Of a DNA stretch of 64,000 bases, positions 50,760 through 64,000 are shown in pieces. Under the pieces are notes generated by a model. The model had not been told where the DNA came from, did no database searches, and saw only the letters and a program-made list of their open reading frames with translations. Positions within the stretch are counted from its first letter, which is position 1. Each line of letters begins with the position of its first letter. Made by a program: the position numbers and the translations under genes. Origin of the DNA: the human T2T-CHM13v2.0 reference genome, Homo sapiens; the NCBI RefSeq assembly GCF_009914755.1, contig NC_060930.1; one strand, written 5' to 3'.

Positions 50760-53700
50760 ATATTATTTTTTCCCTGCAGAGGTCTTTCACATGCTTGTAT
50801 TTTTTTTGGGGGGGGGGCAGCTATTGTGAAAGGGGTTGAGTTCCTGATTTGCTTCCCAGCTTGATCTGCTGTATAGCAGAACTACTGATTTGTGTACACC
50901 AATTTTGTATCCTGAAACTTTGTTGAATTCATTTACCAGTTCTAAGAGCCTTTTGGATGAGTCTTTAGGGTTTTTTAGGTATACATTTATCATATCATTA
51001 GCAAGCAATTTGGATGCCCTTTTTTATCTTTCTCTTGTCTGATTGCTCTGGTAAGCACTTCCTTTCTATGCAGAATTGAAGTGGTTAAAGTGAATGCGTA
51101 TCCTTGTCTTGTTCCAGTTCTCAGAGGGAATGCTTTCAACTTTTTTCTGTTCAGTACAATGTTGGCTGTGGGTTTGTCATAGATGGCTTTTATTACCTTC
51201 AAGTATGTCCTTTCTATGCCAATTTTGCTGAGGATTTTAATCATAGAGGAATGCTACATTATGTCAAATGCTTTTTCCGCTTCTATTGAGACGATCATGT
51301 GATTTTGTTTTTAATTATGATGTATCACATTTATTGACTTAAGTATGTTAAACCATCCCTGCATCCTGGGTATGAAACCCACTTGATCATGGTGGATTAT
51401 CTTTTTGATATGCTGTTGGATCCAGTTAGCTAGTATTTTGTTGAGGATTTTTGCATCTGTGTTCATCAGGGATATCAGTCTGTAGTGTTTTTGTTTGTTT
51501 GTTTGTTTGTTCAATATGTCCTTTGCTGGTTTTGGTATTAGGGTGATACTGGCTTCATAGAATGAATTAGGGAGGATTTCTTTCTCAATAGGATTGGTAC
51601 CAATTCTTCTTTGAATGTCTGATAGAATTCAGCTGTGAATCTGTCTGGTCCTGGGCTTTTTTTTTTTTTTTTTTGTGGGCAATTTTTTATTACTATTTCA
51701 ATCTTGCTGCTTGTTATTGGTGTATTCAAAATTTCTATTTCTTCCTGGTTTAATGTAGGAGGGTTGTATACTTCCAGAAATTAATCCATCTCCTCTAGGT
51801 TTTCTAGTTTATGTGCATAAAAGTGTGCATATTATTCTTGAATAATCTTTTATATTTCTGTGGTATTAGTTGTAATATCTCCCATTTCGTTTCTAATTGA
51901 GCTTATTTGGATGTTCTCTCTTCTTTTCTTGGTTAATCTCACTAATGGTCTATAAAGTTTAACTTTTCAAAGAACCAGGTTTTTATCATTTTTATTTTTG
52001 TTGTTTCAATTTTATTTAGTTCTGCTTTGATCTTCATTATTTCTTTTCTTCTGCCAGGTTTGGGTTTAGATCGTTCTTGTTTCTCCAGTTCCGTGAACTG
52101 TGACCTTACATTGTGTATTCATGCTTTTTAGATTTTTTGATGTAAGCATTTAAGGGTACGAACTTTCTCAAGTACTGTCTTTGCTGTAGAATTTTTAAAT
52201 TTCCATCTTGATTTTATTGTTGACCCAATGATCATTCAGGAGCAAGTTATTTAATTTCCATGTATGTGCATGGTTTTGAGTGTCCCTTTTGGTATTGATT
52301 TCTAGTTTTATCAACTGTGATCTGAGAGAGTAATTGATATAATTTTGATTTTCTTAAATTTACTGCAATTTGTTTTGTGGCATAATGTATGTTCTATCTT
52401 GGAGAATGTTCCATGTGCTGATGAATGGAATGTATATTCTGCAGTTGTTGGGTAAAATGTTCTGTAAATATGTGTTAAGCCCATTTGTTCTAGGGAATAG
52501 TTTAAGTCCATTGTTTCTTGGTTGACTTTCTGTCTTGATGACCTGGCTAGTGTTGTCAGTGGAGTATTACAGTCCCCCAATATTATTGTGTGGCCATCTA
52601 ATTTGTTACATCTGTTAGTAATTGTTTTATACATTTGGGAGCTCCAGTGTTTGGTGCATATATATTTAGAATTGTGATGTTTCCCCACTGGAAAATATCC
52701 TTTTATCATTATATAATGTCCCTCTTGGAAAACCATAAAACACTGTTGAAAGAAATCATACACAACACAAACAAATGGAAACTCTTCCCATGCTCATAGA
52801 TGAGTAGAATCAATATTGTGAAAATGACTATACTGCCTAAGAAGTCTACAAATTCAATGCAATTCCCATCAAAATACCACCATCATTCTTCACATAACTA
52901 GAATAAACAATCCTAAAATTCATATGGAACCAAAATGAGCCCCCATAGCCAAAGCAAGTCTAAGCAAAAAGAACAAATATGGAGGCATTACATTACCCAA
53001 CTTCATACTATAAGGCTATCATCACCAAAAACAGCATGGTACTAGTATAAAAAATAGGCATATAGACCAATGAAACAGAATATAAAACCCAGAGATAAAG
53101 CCAAATACTTAAAGCCAACTGATCTTTGACAACCAAACAAAAGCATAAAACGGGGAAAGGACACCCTATTCAATAATTGGTGCTGGGATAATTGGCAAGC
53201 CACATGTAGAAGAATGAAACTGGATCCTCATCTCTGACCTTATACAAAAATCAACTCAAGATGTATTAAAGATTTAAATCTAAGACCTGAAACCATAAAG
53301 ATTCTAGATGATAGCATTGGAAAAACCCTTCTCGACAATGGCTTAAACAAAGATTTTATGACCAAAAACCCAAAGCAGATGCCACAAAAACAAAGATAAA
53401 TAGATGGGCCTTAATTAAACTAAAAAGCTTCTGCACAGCAAAAGAAACAATCAACAGAGTAAAAAGACAACCCACAGAGTGGGAGATAATCTTTGCAATG
53501 TATACATCTGACAAATGACTAATATCTAGAATCTATAAAGAACTCAAACAAATCACCAAGAAAAAAAAAGCAATCCTATCAAAAATTGGGCTAAGGACAT
53601 GAATAGACACTTCTCAAAAGAAGATATATAAATGGTTAAAAGGCACATGGAAAAATGTCTAAGATCACTAATGATCAGGGAAATGCAAATCAAAACCACA

Positions 53701-54036
53701 ATAGATACGACTTTACTCCTGTAAGAATGACCATAATAAAAAAAAATAGATGTTGGTGTGGATGTGGTGAAAAGGGAAGACTCTTACACTGTTGGTGGGA
53801 ATATAAAGTAGTACAACCACTATGGAAAACAGTGTGGAGATTCCTTAAATAACTATAAGTAGATCTACCATTTGATCCAGCAATCCTGCTACTGGATAGC
53901 TACCCAGAGGAAAAGAAGTCATTACACAAAAAAAGATACTTGCACGCCCATGTTTATAGCAGCACAATTTGCAATTGTAAAAATATGGAATCAGCCCAAA
54001 TGCCCATTAATCAATCAGTAATGAAAATGTTATCTA

Positions 54037-54092
<56 letters not shown>

Positions 54093-54484
54093 AATCTATC
54101 ATCTATCCATCCACCCACCCACCATGGAATACTACTCAGCCATAAAATGGAAGGAAATAACAGCATTCACAGCAACTTGGATGGAACTGGAGACCATTAT
54201 TCTAAGTGAAGTAAGTCAGGAATGGAACACCAAACATCATATGTTCTCTCTTACAAGTGGGAGCTAAGCTATAAGGATGTGAATGCATAAGAATGATACA
54301 TTGGACTTTGGGGACTCAGGGGAAAATGTAGGGGGTGGGGAGGGATAAAAGACTACACGTTGGATACAGTGTACAGTGCCCTGGTTACTGGTGCACCAAA
54401 ATATCAGAAATCAGCAATAAAGAACTTAAGCAAACACCACCTATTCCCCAAAAACCGATTGAAATAAAAAACTTAAATGATAAA
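50760..54484 (+). mobile_element. L1PB-like element with twin-priming 5' inversion
   Basis: Antisense ORF2 50760-52726 and sense ORF2/3'UTR 52727-54484. The two L1 breakpoints abut at ..gacctctgcagggaaaa / ggaaaaccataaaacactg. TSD TAAATATGGC at 50750-50759 and 54485-54494. Confidence 0.88.
54031..54110. repeat. (TATC)n tetranucleotide microsatellite inside the L1PB element
   Basis: Direct reading of the sequence. Confidence 0.95.
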
Positions 54485-55361
54485 TAAATATGGCCTACTA
54501 GTTTTTGAAAGATCTTATATGCCAATTTGTCACATTATTGTGTAGAGTAAAAAAGGGATTTGTTACAGTCTTATTTCAGCAAAATTCCAAGTGCTCCTAA
54601 GTGAGATGATAATCAAAAGAAAATATTCATTAGGAAAGAAGTATCTCATACATTAAATTTTAAACATATGTGTAGCTAAACTTTTCTTTGAAACTCAAAT
54701 ATGTATATTTCTGAGACAGCAATCTCAAAAGAGTATGAACAAACATTTGTCTCTTTGAGATACCATACAGCAGGGAGTGTAGAAGACCACATAAGACAAA
54801 GATTACATTCTCACATTTTGATTTTTTTTTTGACCGGATTTGACCTTTCCCTTTCACAATATTGGACTCAATAACCTTGCTCCTCTCTCTGTCCATGAAC
54901 TGTTGGCTTCAACAATTCTTGCGCTATGGAATCCTGCCAGCACTGCAGGAGGGCTGGAGTACAGAGGCAAGGTTCCAATGTCTAAATTAGGGCCAGTTAC
55001 TTCCAGAAGAAAATTCACAGCTCTTGCTGGGGGTTGCTTGCAGGGAATTTTTCCAGAGAAAGTGTGTTTGTAAAAGTATGGAAGTGGTCTGTGAAGTATA
55101 TAGACGCAGTCTCAGGGAGAAAAGAGGGGTGGGAGATATTACTTGAATTGATCATCTTGGACCTAAGAAGGATCTCAGGCCTGAGGGATCAGAAATAAAC
55201 ACAGTTGTTCACAAACTTGGAGCAGCTCTCTAGCACCTTTTTATTTTCAGAAAAATACAATTTTTAACAAAGATTCTCCCTGAGCTTTCAGTTTCAAAAA
55301 TATTTTCCCCTGGAGATAGGAATAAGAGAAGTCAATTGTCTCTGTATGTTGCCCTGCTTGT

Positions 55362-55430
55362 TTCCTTCCTTCCTTCCTTCCTTCCTTCCTTCCTTCCTTC
55401 CTTCCTTCCTTCCCTTCCTTTCTTCTTTCC
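55362..55430. repeat. (TTCC)n microsatellite
   Basis: Direct reading of the sequence. Confidence 0.95.
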
Positions 55431-57671
55431 TGTCTCTGTAGCTGTCACAAATTCTTACATGTTAACTCTTCCCTACATCCAAAATTAAGAGGAAAATAAT
55501 TATTAAATAAAAATAATTTCTTCTTAACAATAATCCACTTTTCTGGGTTCACCTAAATTCACCTTTCAGTTTCTAGGGCTGAATGTTTACCAGGTGTTGT
55601 TACTTCTTAGCTGTGTGTTTTTGCAGATGTGTACACTGCAGTTTTTTTCTGTCACTGGACCTTGATAAAAGAGGACTCCAGAGGCCTAGGGGCTTACCTT
55701 TTAGAGTTGATTATGGGTTCCACCATTATACTTTTACTTAGCCTTTCAAACCACATCGACAGTCTTAGATAATTAAGTAACTTTCCTTTGTAAACCTGGG
55801 CTTTTAAGCATTAACCTCCACTAATATTAGATTAGGAAAGGGTAAATAAAACACTTTTATTTATTTTTCAATATACACTACAATTTGTCTCACACAATTG
55901 TCTTTCAAATTAATTTTCCCAATATTTTGGAGAACCATATTTTTAACCTGACATGTTCTTGGCCTAGTCAGAGAAGAGATAAGTTTATTGCTTACATAAC
56001 CATGTGAATCAGACATGGAAAATACATATTAAATTATTTAATTCATTCTTCTGCCAATATTATATTATTCCCTAAAGTCCATTCCTCTATTTTTTAGACT
56101 TGTTATGTAATTTACTAACCCGGTTTAACTAACATTTCTTATTTTCCTTATTCATTAATTGATACAGATACATTTTTCCAGTCAATGTAATTTTCATTAA
56201 TATTTGCTGACTAGATAAAAGAAAACATTAATATTGCCTTTTATTTTTATAGTAATTCTCTGTATATACACATAATTTTTTAAAATTTGTGCCATCAATG
56301 ACATATTGTTGTACCTATTATATAACTGAGAAAATTAGGGTACAAAGAAATTGTGGAACTTCTTCAAAATGATATAGTGAGTGACTTATCCAATGTGGAC
56401 TAAATTCTATAATTTTAAAATTCAAAATGACAACGGTCTTACAGAACAATGAAAATAAAAAAAAGTTGAAAAACTTATTAAACCCAACTGTGGATAAGCA
56501 ATCCATGCACTGTAGTAATAACATACATTATTTTATTCAATACTTAAAACTGTCCTGTTAGATAATATTATAATTTCCACTTTGAGGATGACTCTAGTTC
56601 TGGAAGTTCATGTAACTTTTTGAAGGTTGAAATTCTAGTATTGAAGAGCTTCAGGCAGCCAGACAGAACACTATATTAAACTGAAAATGAATCTTATTTT
56701 TCTATGTTCCATATTATTTTGCAACAATATCTTTAAGTTTATTTTTTCTTATATTATGCTAAAGTTTGTACGTTGAAGAAAGAGTCTAAGAAGTGACAAT
56801 GTATAAACATTTCAAGATTCTGGATATGTGCTGTCAATTTTTTTCAAATAAATTCAATCAATTTATACTATCTTTAATATTTAGATTTTTCTCATAACAT
56901 TATCAAATATTATTAACATGTAAAGTTATATAATTGTTACATAAAATGTATTTATTCATATTTTTAATTGCATACTTTAGAGTACTGGTAAGTTTCAATT
57001 TTTGAATAGCTATTCATTATTTTTTTGCTTTTCAGGAAAAATCATCTTTTCATTCCTGTGCTTGTGGAACATCTCAAATACTGGGGGTTTCTTATTTATT
57101 TGCCAGAGCTGTACACCTATTAAAAACATTAGCACTTGCTCTATCATATTTTAATAAATACTTTTCTCAGTTTTTCACTTTTCTTTTTAATTTGTAAGAG
57201 TTTCAAAATTGTGTGTCAACATATATTGATATTTTTCTTTCTCATATGCTTGATAAGATTGCAGAATCTTCCACCATCTAGATTTGATTAATAGTCACAC
57301 TTATTTTTGCTTGTCTATGCTGTTGTTTTTGTCAGCTTAATATTCTACTTATTATTGGAAGCCGTGAAGAATCTGAATTATTCTTGCAATTAATCAATAC
57401 ATTAAACATCATCATTAATAATTAAATTTGGATACATTTATGCATATTATTTTTTCATCATGTTTATGTAATAGAACTGGATAGTTTCCTGGCAATGTAT
57501 TAACTAGAATTAAATCATCTTCGTATTTTTTCTTGTTGGCATAATGATAAAATTGTAGTATTTCATTATTGCCTGTTTTTTACTAGACTATTGGTTCCAT
57601 AATCAGTGATTGTGTATTTGCTGTTTTCTGATATTGTCTATGGTACTTGAACCATAGTGGTACTCAAGATA

Positions 57672-57815
57672 AATATGTGTACAAATATGTGTATGTTTGT
57701 GTGTGTGTGTGTGTATACATACATATACATTTATAAACATATAGGTATATATCTGTTAGACATCTATATGTATGTACACATATATGTATTCATATATATG
57801 TGTATATATACACAC
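57672..57815. repeat. TA/TG low-complexity simple repeat
   Basis: Direct reading of the sequence. Confidence 0.8.
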
Positions 57816-58197
57816 TTTTACTGTTCAGACTGGTCAATAAAAAGAGCTAATACTGTAAAAATGCATAAAGTATTTTTAAAGGATTTCTATGCAATGTCAT
57901 TCTGGTATTTATGGGTTATTTAAAAAAGAGAATAGTATGAACACATGCTTAAAGGGCTTTGCCATGCATCCTCTCACTCCATCCCTGAAAGTGACAAATT
58001 GGTCTATTCTGCTTTCCTACCTGTCCTGCAACTTGCTAATTCTTGCCTTCTCCAATAAGCTTATCTATATTGGCAGAAACTGAAGAATAACCTTAAAACT
58101 GGCACTTGTTTTCTGTATGTCAGAGACAGATGAAGATAATATTTCCTTTACATACAGCTACCAACTATCAGACTCTCTTTTGCATTTTTATGCTTAC

Positions 58198-58358
58198 CCT
58201 TCATTCTTTTTAGAATCCATTTCAGATTCTGTTGTTAACAGCATGATTATTTTAATTTCTGAGATTCTCTGTGGAACCATTTTAAAAGAATCTGCAACCT
58301 TCTCATTCTCTCAACTCAATGATAGCTTCTGAAGTCTTTGTATTCACGTGAAATCATT
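58198..58358 (-). other. Candidate 161-nt exon of an unidentified minus-strand transcript
   Basis: Minus strand: acceptor catttttcAG| and donor AGG|GTAAGC, with a purine-rich body. Splice signals only. Confidence 0.28.
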
Positions 58359-58506
58359 CTGAAAAATGCCCATGTGTTTGAAACAATGTTCATTGATTTA
58401 GATTTTATTTATATCATGTTCACTTAACAAAAGGATTTCAGAATTCTTATCATTGTTGCTACCTGCTGATCACATCAGGAAAGAGCTGTGTAAGGAGCTT
58501 TCTCAG

Positions 58507-60835
58507 TTTTATTTTATTATTATACTTTAAGTTCTGGGATACATGTGCAGAACATGCAGGTTTGTTACATAGGTATACATGTGCCATAGTGGTTTACTGC
58601 ATCCATCAATCCATCATCTAGGTTTTAAGCACCACATGAATTAGGTATTTATCCAAATGTTCTCCCTCCCCTTGCTCCCCACTACCTGACAGGCCCTGGT
58701 GTGTGATGTTCTCCTCCCTGTGTCCACGTGTTCTCATTGCTCAACTCCCACTTATGAGTGAGAACATGCAGTGTTTGATTTTCTGTTCCTGTATTACTTT
58801 GCTGAGAATGATGGTTTCCAACTTCACCCATGTCTCTGCACAGGACATGAACTCATTCTTTTTTATGGCTGCATAGTATTTCATGGTGTATATGTGCCAC
58901 ATTTTCTTTATCCAGTCTAACATTGATGGGCATTTGGGTTGATTCCAAGTCTTTTCTATAGGGTATAGTGCTGCAATAAACATGTGTGTGCATGTGTCTT
59001 TATAGTAGCATGATTTATAATCCCTTGGGTATATACCCAGTAAAGGGATTGCTGAGTCAAATGGTATTTCTGTTTCTAGATCCTTGAGGAATTGCCACAC
59101 TGTCTTCCACAATGGTTGAACTAATTTACACTCCCACCAACAATGTAAAAGCTTTCCTATTTCTCCACATCCTTGCCAGCATCTGTTGTTTCCAGACTTT
59201 AATGATCACCATCCTAACTGGTGTGAGATGGTATCTCATTGTGGTTTTGATTTGCATTTCTCTAACGACCAGTTATGACGAGCTTTTTTTCATGTTTGTT
59301 GGTCACATAAATGTCTAAGAAATGTCTGTTCATATCCTTCACTCACTTTTTGATGGGGCTGTTATTTTCTTGTAAATTTGTTCAAGTTCCTTGTAGATTC
59401 TGGATATTAGACCTTTGTCAGATGAATAGACTGCAAAATTTTTCTCCCGTTCTGTAGGTTGCCTGTTCACTCTGATGATAGTTTCTTTTGCTGTGCAGAA
59501 GCTCTTTAGTTTAATTAGATCCCATTTGTCAATTTTGGCTTCTGTTGCAATTGCTTTTGGTGTTTTAGACATGAAGTCTTTGCCCATGCCTATGTTCTGA
59601 ATGGTATTGCCTGGGTTTTCTTCTAGAGTTTTTATGGTTTTAGTTCTTACGTTTAAGTCTGCAATCCATCTTGAGTGAAATTTTGTATAAGGTGTAAGGA
59701 AGAGGTCCAGTTTCAGTTTTCTGCATATGGCTAGCCAGTTTTCCCAGCACCATTTATTAAATAGGGAATCCTTTCCCCATTGTGTGTTTTTGTGAGGTTT
59801 ATTGAAGATCAGATGGTTGTAGATGAGTGGTGTTATTTTTGAGGCCTCTGTTTTGTTCCATTGGTCAAACATCTGTTTTGGTACCAGTACTATGTTGTTT
59901 TGGTTACTGTAGCCTTGAAGTATAGTTTGAAGTCAGGTAGTGTGATGCCTCGAGCTTTGTTCTTTCTGCTTAGGATTGTCTTGGCTATATGGGTTCCTTT
60001 TTGGTTCCATATGAAATTTAAAGTCTTTTTTTTTCTAGTTCTGTGAAGAAAGTCAATGGTAGTGTGTCCGAAATTTATTCCTTCCAGTGGGTTCTTGGTC
60101 TCGCTGACTTCAAGAATGAAGTCGCGGACCCTTGCGGTGAATGTTACAGTTCTTAAAGATGGTGTGTCCGGAGTTTGTTCCTTCAGATGTTCAGATGTGT
60201 CTGGAGTTTCTTCCTTCTGGTGGGTTCGTGGTCTCGCTGACTTCAGGAGTGAAGCTGCAGACCTTCGCAGTGAGTGTTACAGCTCTTAAGAGTGGTGCGT
60301 CTGGAGTTGTTTGTTCCTCCCAGTGGGTTCGTGGTCTTGCTGATTTCAGAAGTGAAGCCGCAGACCTTTGCAGTGAGTGTTACAGCTCTTAAAGGTGGTG
60401 CGGTCCCAAAAAGTGAGCAGCAGCAAGATTTATTGTGAAGAGCAAAGAAAAAAGTTTCCACAGCATGGAAGGGGACCTGAGAGAGTTGCCTCTGCTTGCT
60501 CAGGTGGCCAGCTTTTATTCTTTTATTTGGCCCCATTCACGTCCTGCTGATTGGTCCATTTTACAGAGTGCTGATTGGTCCATTTTTACATAGTGCTGAT
60601 TGGTGTGTTTACAATCCTCTAGCTAGAATCTATAAATCACCTTTGGCAGTATTGCCATTTTCATGATATTGATTATTTCTATCCATGATCATGGAAAGTT
60701 TTTCTATTTGTTTGTGTCCTCTCTTATTTCCTTGAGCAGTGGTTTGTAGTTCTCCTTGAGGAGGTCTTTCACATCCCTTGTAAGTTGTGTTCCTAGATAT
60801 TTTATTTTCTTTGTAGCAATTGTGAATGGGAGTTT
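58507..60835 (-). mobile_element. L1PA7/8-like 5'-truncated element, interrupted by LTR12
   Basis: ttattatactttaagttctgggatacatgtgcagaac 3' end. Antisense ORF2 ORFs 58741-59112 and 59339-59872. L1 sequence resumes at ~60626. Confidence 0.9.
60063..60627 (-). mobile_element. LTR12 (ERV9) fragment, 5'-deleted
   Basis: LTR terminus TGTGTCCG at 60063. Tandem ~100-bp U5 repeats (ggtctcgctgacttca..gtgagtgttacagctcttaa). Minus-strand AATAAA at 60429-60434, TATA-like GAATAAAA at 60513-60520, three CCAAT boxes at 60550, 60574 and 60599. Confidence 0.92.
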
Positions 60836-61059
60836 GACCTGATAGCCTTTCCAGTGATCAGAAACTGATTCATTATGTTCCCTAGTAGACTAAGAGGAGG
60901 GCAGAGATCCAGCTGATAAGAAGACCAAAAAAGAAATTTACCCTCTCTCACATGCTTCCTTTCCTACTTTATTGAAATGAATACACCTACCCACAGTTCC
61001 ATAAGAATTGAAAATGAATTTTCCGTGCCTAATCACTTATTAAAAATAATTAACTAGTG

Positions 61060-61330
61060 ATTTTTTAAAAAAATTGACAAAAAATCATATATTTTTATGT
61101 TAGCTCATGATTTGTGATACATGGCAAGCTAATGCAATATGCACATAAGCATTACCCCACATATCTTTTTTGTGATGAGAACATTTAAAATATACTCTCA
61201 GGAAATTTCAAGTACACAATATATTGTTATTAACTATAATTACTATGCTGAACAATAGATCTCCTAAACTTATTTTTCCTAACTAATTTTATATTTGATT
61301 ATCAATATCTTCCCAATCTCCCAATGAGTT
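61060..61330 (-). mobile_element. L1MA 3' end fragment
   Basis: tgtgatgagaacatttaaaatatactctcaggaaatttcaagtacacaatatattgttattaactata. Confidence 0.7.
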
Positions 61331-61393
61331 CTTTTTAATTACACATTTTTGTGGATACAGAGAGAAGAAGTTGAATAAGAGTGTGAAATGTTG

Positions 61394-61752
61394 GGCTGAG
61401 CACAGTGGCTGAAGCCTGTAATTCCAGCACTTAGGAAGGCTGAAGCAGAAGGATTGCTAGAGGCCACAAGCCTGAGACCAGCCTGGGTAATGAAGGGAAA
61501 CCCTGTCTCTACAAGCTTTTTTAAAAATATTTTATGTATTTATGTATTTATTTATTTATTTATTCATTTATTTATTTATTTTAACGTTAGCTCGGCATGG
61601 TGGCACATGCCTGTATTTCCAATTGCTTGGGAGGCTGAGGTGGGAGGATTGCCTGAGCTTAGAAGGTTGAGCCTACAGTGAGCCATGATTGTTGCCAATG
61701 CACTCCAGCCTGGGAGTCAGACCCTCCCTCAAAAAAATAAAAAATAAAAAAG
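61394..61752 (+). mobile_element. AluJ-like element with (ATTT)n expansion in the linker
   Basis: Two Alu arms separated by an ATTT repeat at ~61530-61582; A-rich tail. Confidence 0.88.
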
Positions 61753-62394
61753 GTGAAAAGTTTAAATCCACCCATGTCTCTTAATGTGTATGAAGATATG
61801 CAATCTATCCTTACGGAAAAGATGCGAAAAGCTTTACCCAGACAACTGTCTTACAGAAAAGATGTGTGCATAAAGAAGGACTCTGGATAGGAGATGCTAA
61901 GGCTGTGCTTGAAGAAACTCTAAGACTTTAAAACACTGATCTTCAAGTAAGAATCTTCAAATGAGCACTGAGATAACTGAGGTGCCAGTGAGCCCTAAGG
62001 GGATTGTCAGCATATTTTTACCTCTTCATCAAATATCTAAATTCAAGGTATCATAAATTGCTATGGCATAGTCACTGATAAATATAGACAGATTATAAAT
62101 ACTATTCATCTAAATAATATCATTGGATTCAATGAAGAACTGCCAGCACTCTATAAATGCATACGTATATGAACAGAACTCCTTCTTTTTCCAATTCAAT
62201 GCATAGCTTAAAAATTTACAAAGCTTATCTTTGATGTCTTCCTTCCCCCATCCCCTGCCTAGCTCCAAGTGCTGAACTCTGACTGCCCAAAGTAGACATT
62301 CTGATGCTTCAATATCTGTGCTAGTGCCAAATTTTTCATACCCCATGCCATCTTTACTAAAACTCTTGTCCTACATTTAATGCCATTTGGTATT

Positions 62395-62630
62395 TATATT
62401 AGCAAACCAACTGTAGTGTGCAGTTATTAGGTACTATGCATTAAGCTACAAACTTAAATTTCTTATGTCACTTGATCCTCACAGCAATTATTCAAGCAGG
62501 TCTGGCTTTTTACCTACAGATGAGAATAAAGAGTGTTAGAGATTTGATTATTTTGCCTAAGATAACAGATACAGGTGCAGTGGCTGAACTTAAACCCAAA
62601 TCTGTATGGTTTCAAAGCTAATACTATTAA
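62395..62630 (-). mobile_element. MIR
   Basis: ttaggtactatgcattaagct..gatcctcacagcaa..tacagatgagaataaa..tttgcctaagataacag. Confidence 0.65.
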
Positions 62631-62655
62631 TCACTTCCGGTAAAATAGTATATTA

Positions 62656-64000
62656 CTGCAAATCATAGGATTTCATTCATTTTTATGATTGAGTAGTTTT
62701 CCATTGTGTACATATATCACATTTCTTTTCTCCAGTCATCTATCGTTGGACACCTAGGTTGATTCCATATCTTGGCTACTGAGAAGAGTGCTACAATAAA
62801 CATGGGCATGCAGATCTCTATTTGATATACAATTTCCTTTCCTTTGCATAAGTTCCCAAAAATGGGATTGCTGAATCACGTGGTAGTTCTATTTGTAGTT
62901 TTTTTGAGAAGCCCCCATACTGTTCTGCATAGTGGCTGTACTAGTTTACATTCTTACCAGTAGTGTATTGAGATTTCCCTTTCCTGCCCATCCTCACCAG
63001 CATTTATTATTTTTTGTCTTTTGGATTATAGCCATCCGAACTGGGATGAGATAATACCTCATTGTGGTTTTGATTTGCATTTCACTGATGATTAGTATGT
63101 TGAGTATTTTTTCCATGTACCTGTTTGCCATTTGCATGTCTTCTCTTGAGAAATGTTTATTTAGATCTTTTGTCCATTTTTAAATCAGATTATTTGGTTC
63201 ACTGATATTGAGTTGTTTGAGTATCTTATACATTCTGGATATTAACCCCTTGTCAGATGCATAGTTTACAAATATTTTCCTCTATTCTCTAAGTTGTCTC
63301 TTCACTCTGTGGGTTGTTTTCTTTTCTGTTCATAGCTTCTAAGTTTGATGCAATTTCATTTGTCTATTTTTGCTTTTGTTGCCTATGCTTATGGGGTCTT
63401 AGCTAAAAAATCCTTGCTGAGACCAATGTCATGAAGCATTTCCTCTATGTTTTCTAGTATTTTTGTGTTTGGGGCCTTATATTCGGATCTTTGATCCATT
63501 TTGAGTTGATTTTTGTACAGGGTGAGAGGTAGGGATCTACTTTAATTCTTTTGTGTATGGATATCTAGTTTTCCCAGAACCATTTATGGAAAAGTCTCTT
63601 TCCCCAATGAGTGTTCTTGGCATCTTGTTCAAGAATCAGTTGGCTGTAGATTCATGGATTAATTTATTGGTTCTCTATTGTGTTCCATTGTTTTTGAACT
63701 GGTGGTTATTATGTTAGATGGAATAAGCCAGGAACAGAAGGTTAAGCACTGCATGTTGTCATTTACATGGGGAAGCTAAAAAAGTTGATCTTATAGAAGT
63801 AAAAAGTAGAATAAAGGATACTAGAGGCTGGGAAGGATAGAGAGAAGGGAAGAATAGGGAGACGTTTCTTAAAGGATACAAAATTATAGCTAGATATGAA
63901 GAATAAGTTCTAACGTTCTATAATACTGTAGGATGACTACAGTTAGCAATATTATATACTTTTAGACAGCTTAAAGGAGAATATTGACTGTTTTCAACAC
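62656..64000 (+). mobile_element. L1MA-like element with twin-priming inversion, running off the window end
   Basis: Antisense ORF2 tail 62656-63690 and sense segment from 63696 (gaactggtggttattatg). The L1 breakpoints nearly abut (..atcctatgatttgcag / gaactgg). Confidence 0.8.

Noticed and set aside
60063-60400. Regularly spaced repeats resembling a CRISPR-like array
   Set aside because: These are the tandem U5 repeats of LTR12; there are no unique spacers and the context is primate.

Overview
This is AT-rich primate genomic DNA, probably from a human or other African great ape (it carries AluY, LTR12 and L1PA2/3-type elements that lack the ~129-bp 5'UTR segment of older L1PA). I recognise no host protein-coding gene. 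Well over half the window is LINE-1 of many ages, plus Alu, MIR, L2, MLT1 and LTR12. Every long ORF in the supplied track is L1 ORF1, ORF2 or ORF0, or an antisense shadow of one. (1) The L1 at 3280-8675 is a spliced retrocopy (SpIRE type): its 5'UTR lacks exactly the GT..AG intron that is still present in the full-length L1 at 30255-36286. It also lacks the YY1 site and has a 97-nt deletion in ORF2. (2) These two L1s share several unusual non-CpG substitutions, which suggests a parent/daughter or gene-conversion relationship. (3) The full-length L1 keeps an open antisense ORF0 and antisense splice donors. They point at minus-strand cassettes with good splice signals, and an LTR12 promoter remnant further upstream points the same way, so a TE-driven spliced transcript is possible but unproven. 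(4) There are five 5'-inverted (twin-primed) L1s, one nested inside another with an apparent target deletion. (5) There is a 71-bp template-switch scar and two old local duplications. Subfamily names and consensus comparisons come from memory of L1/Alu/LTR consensus sequences, not from a database search.
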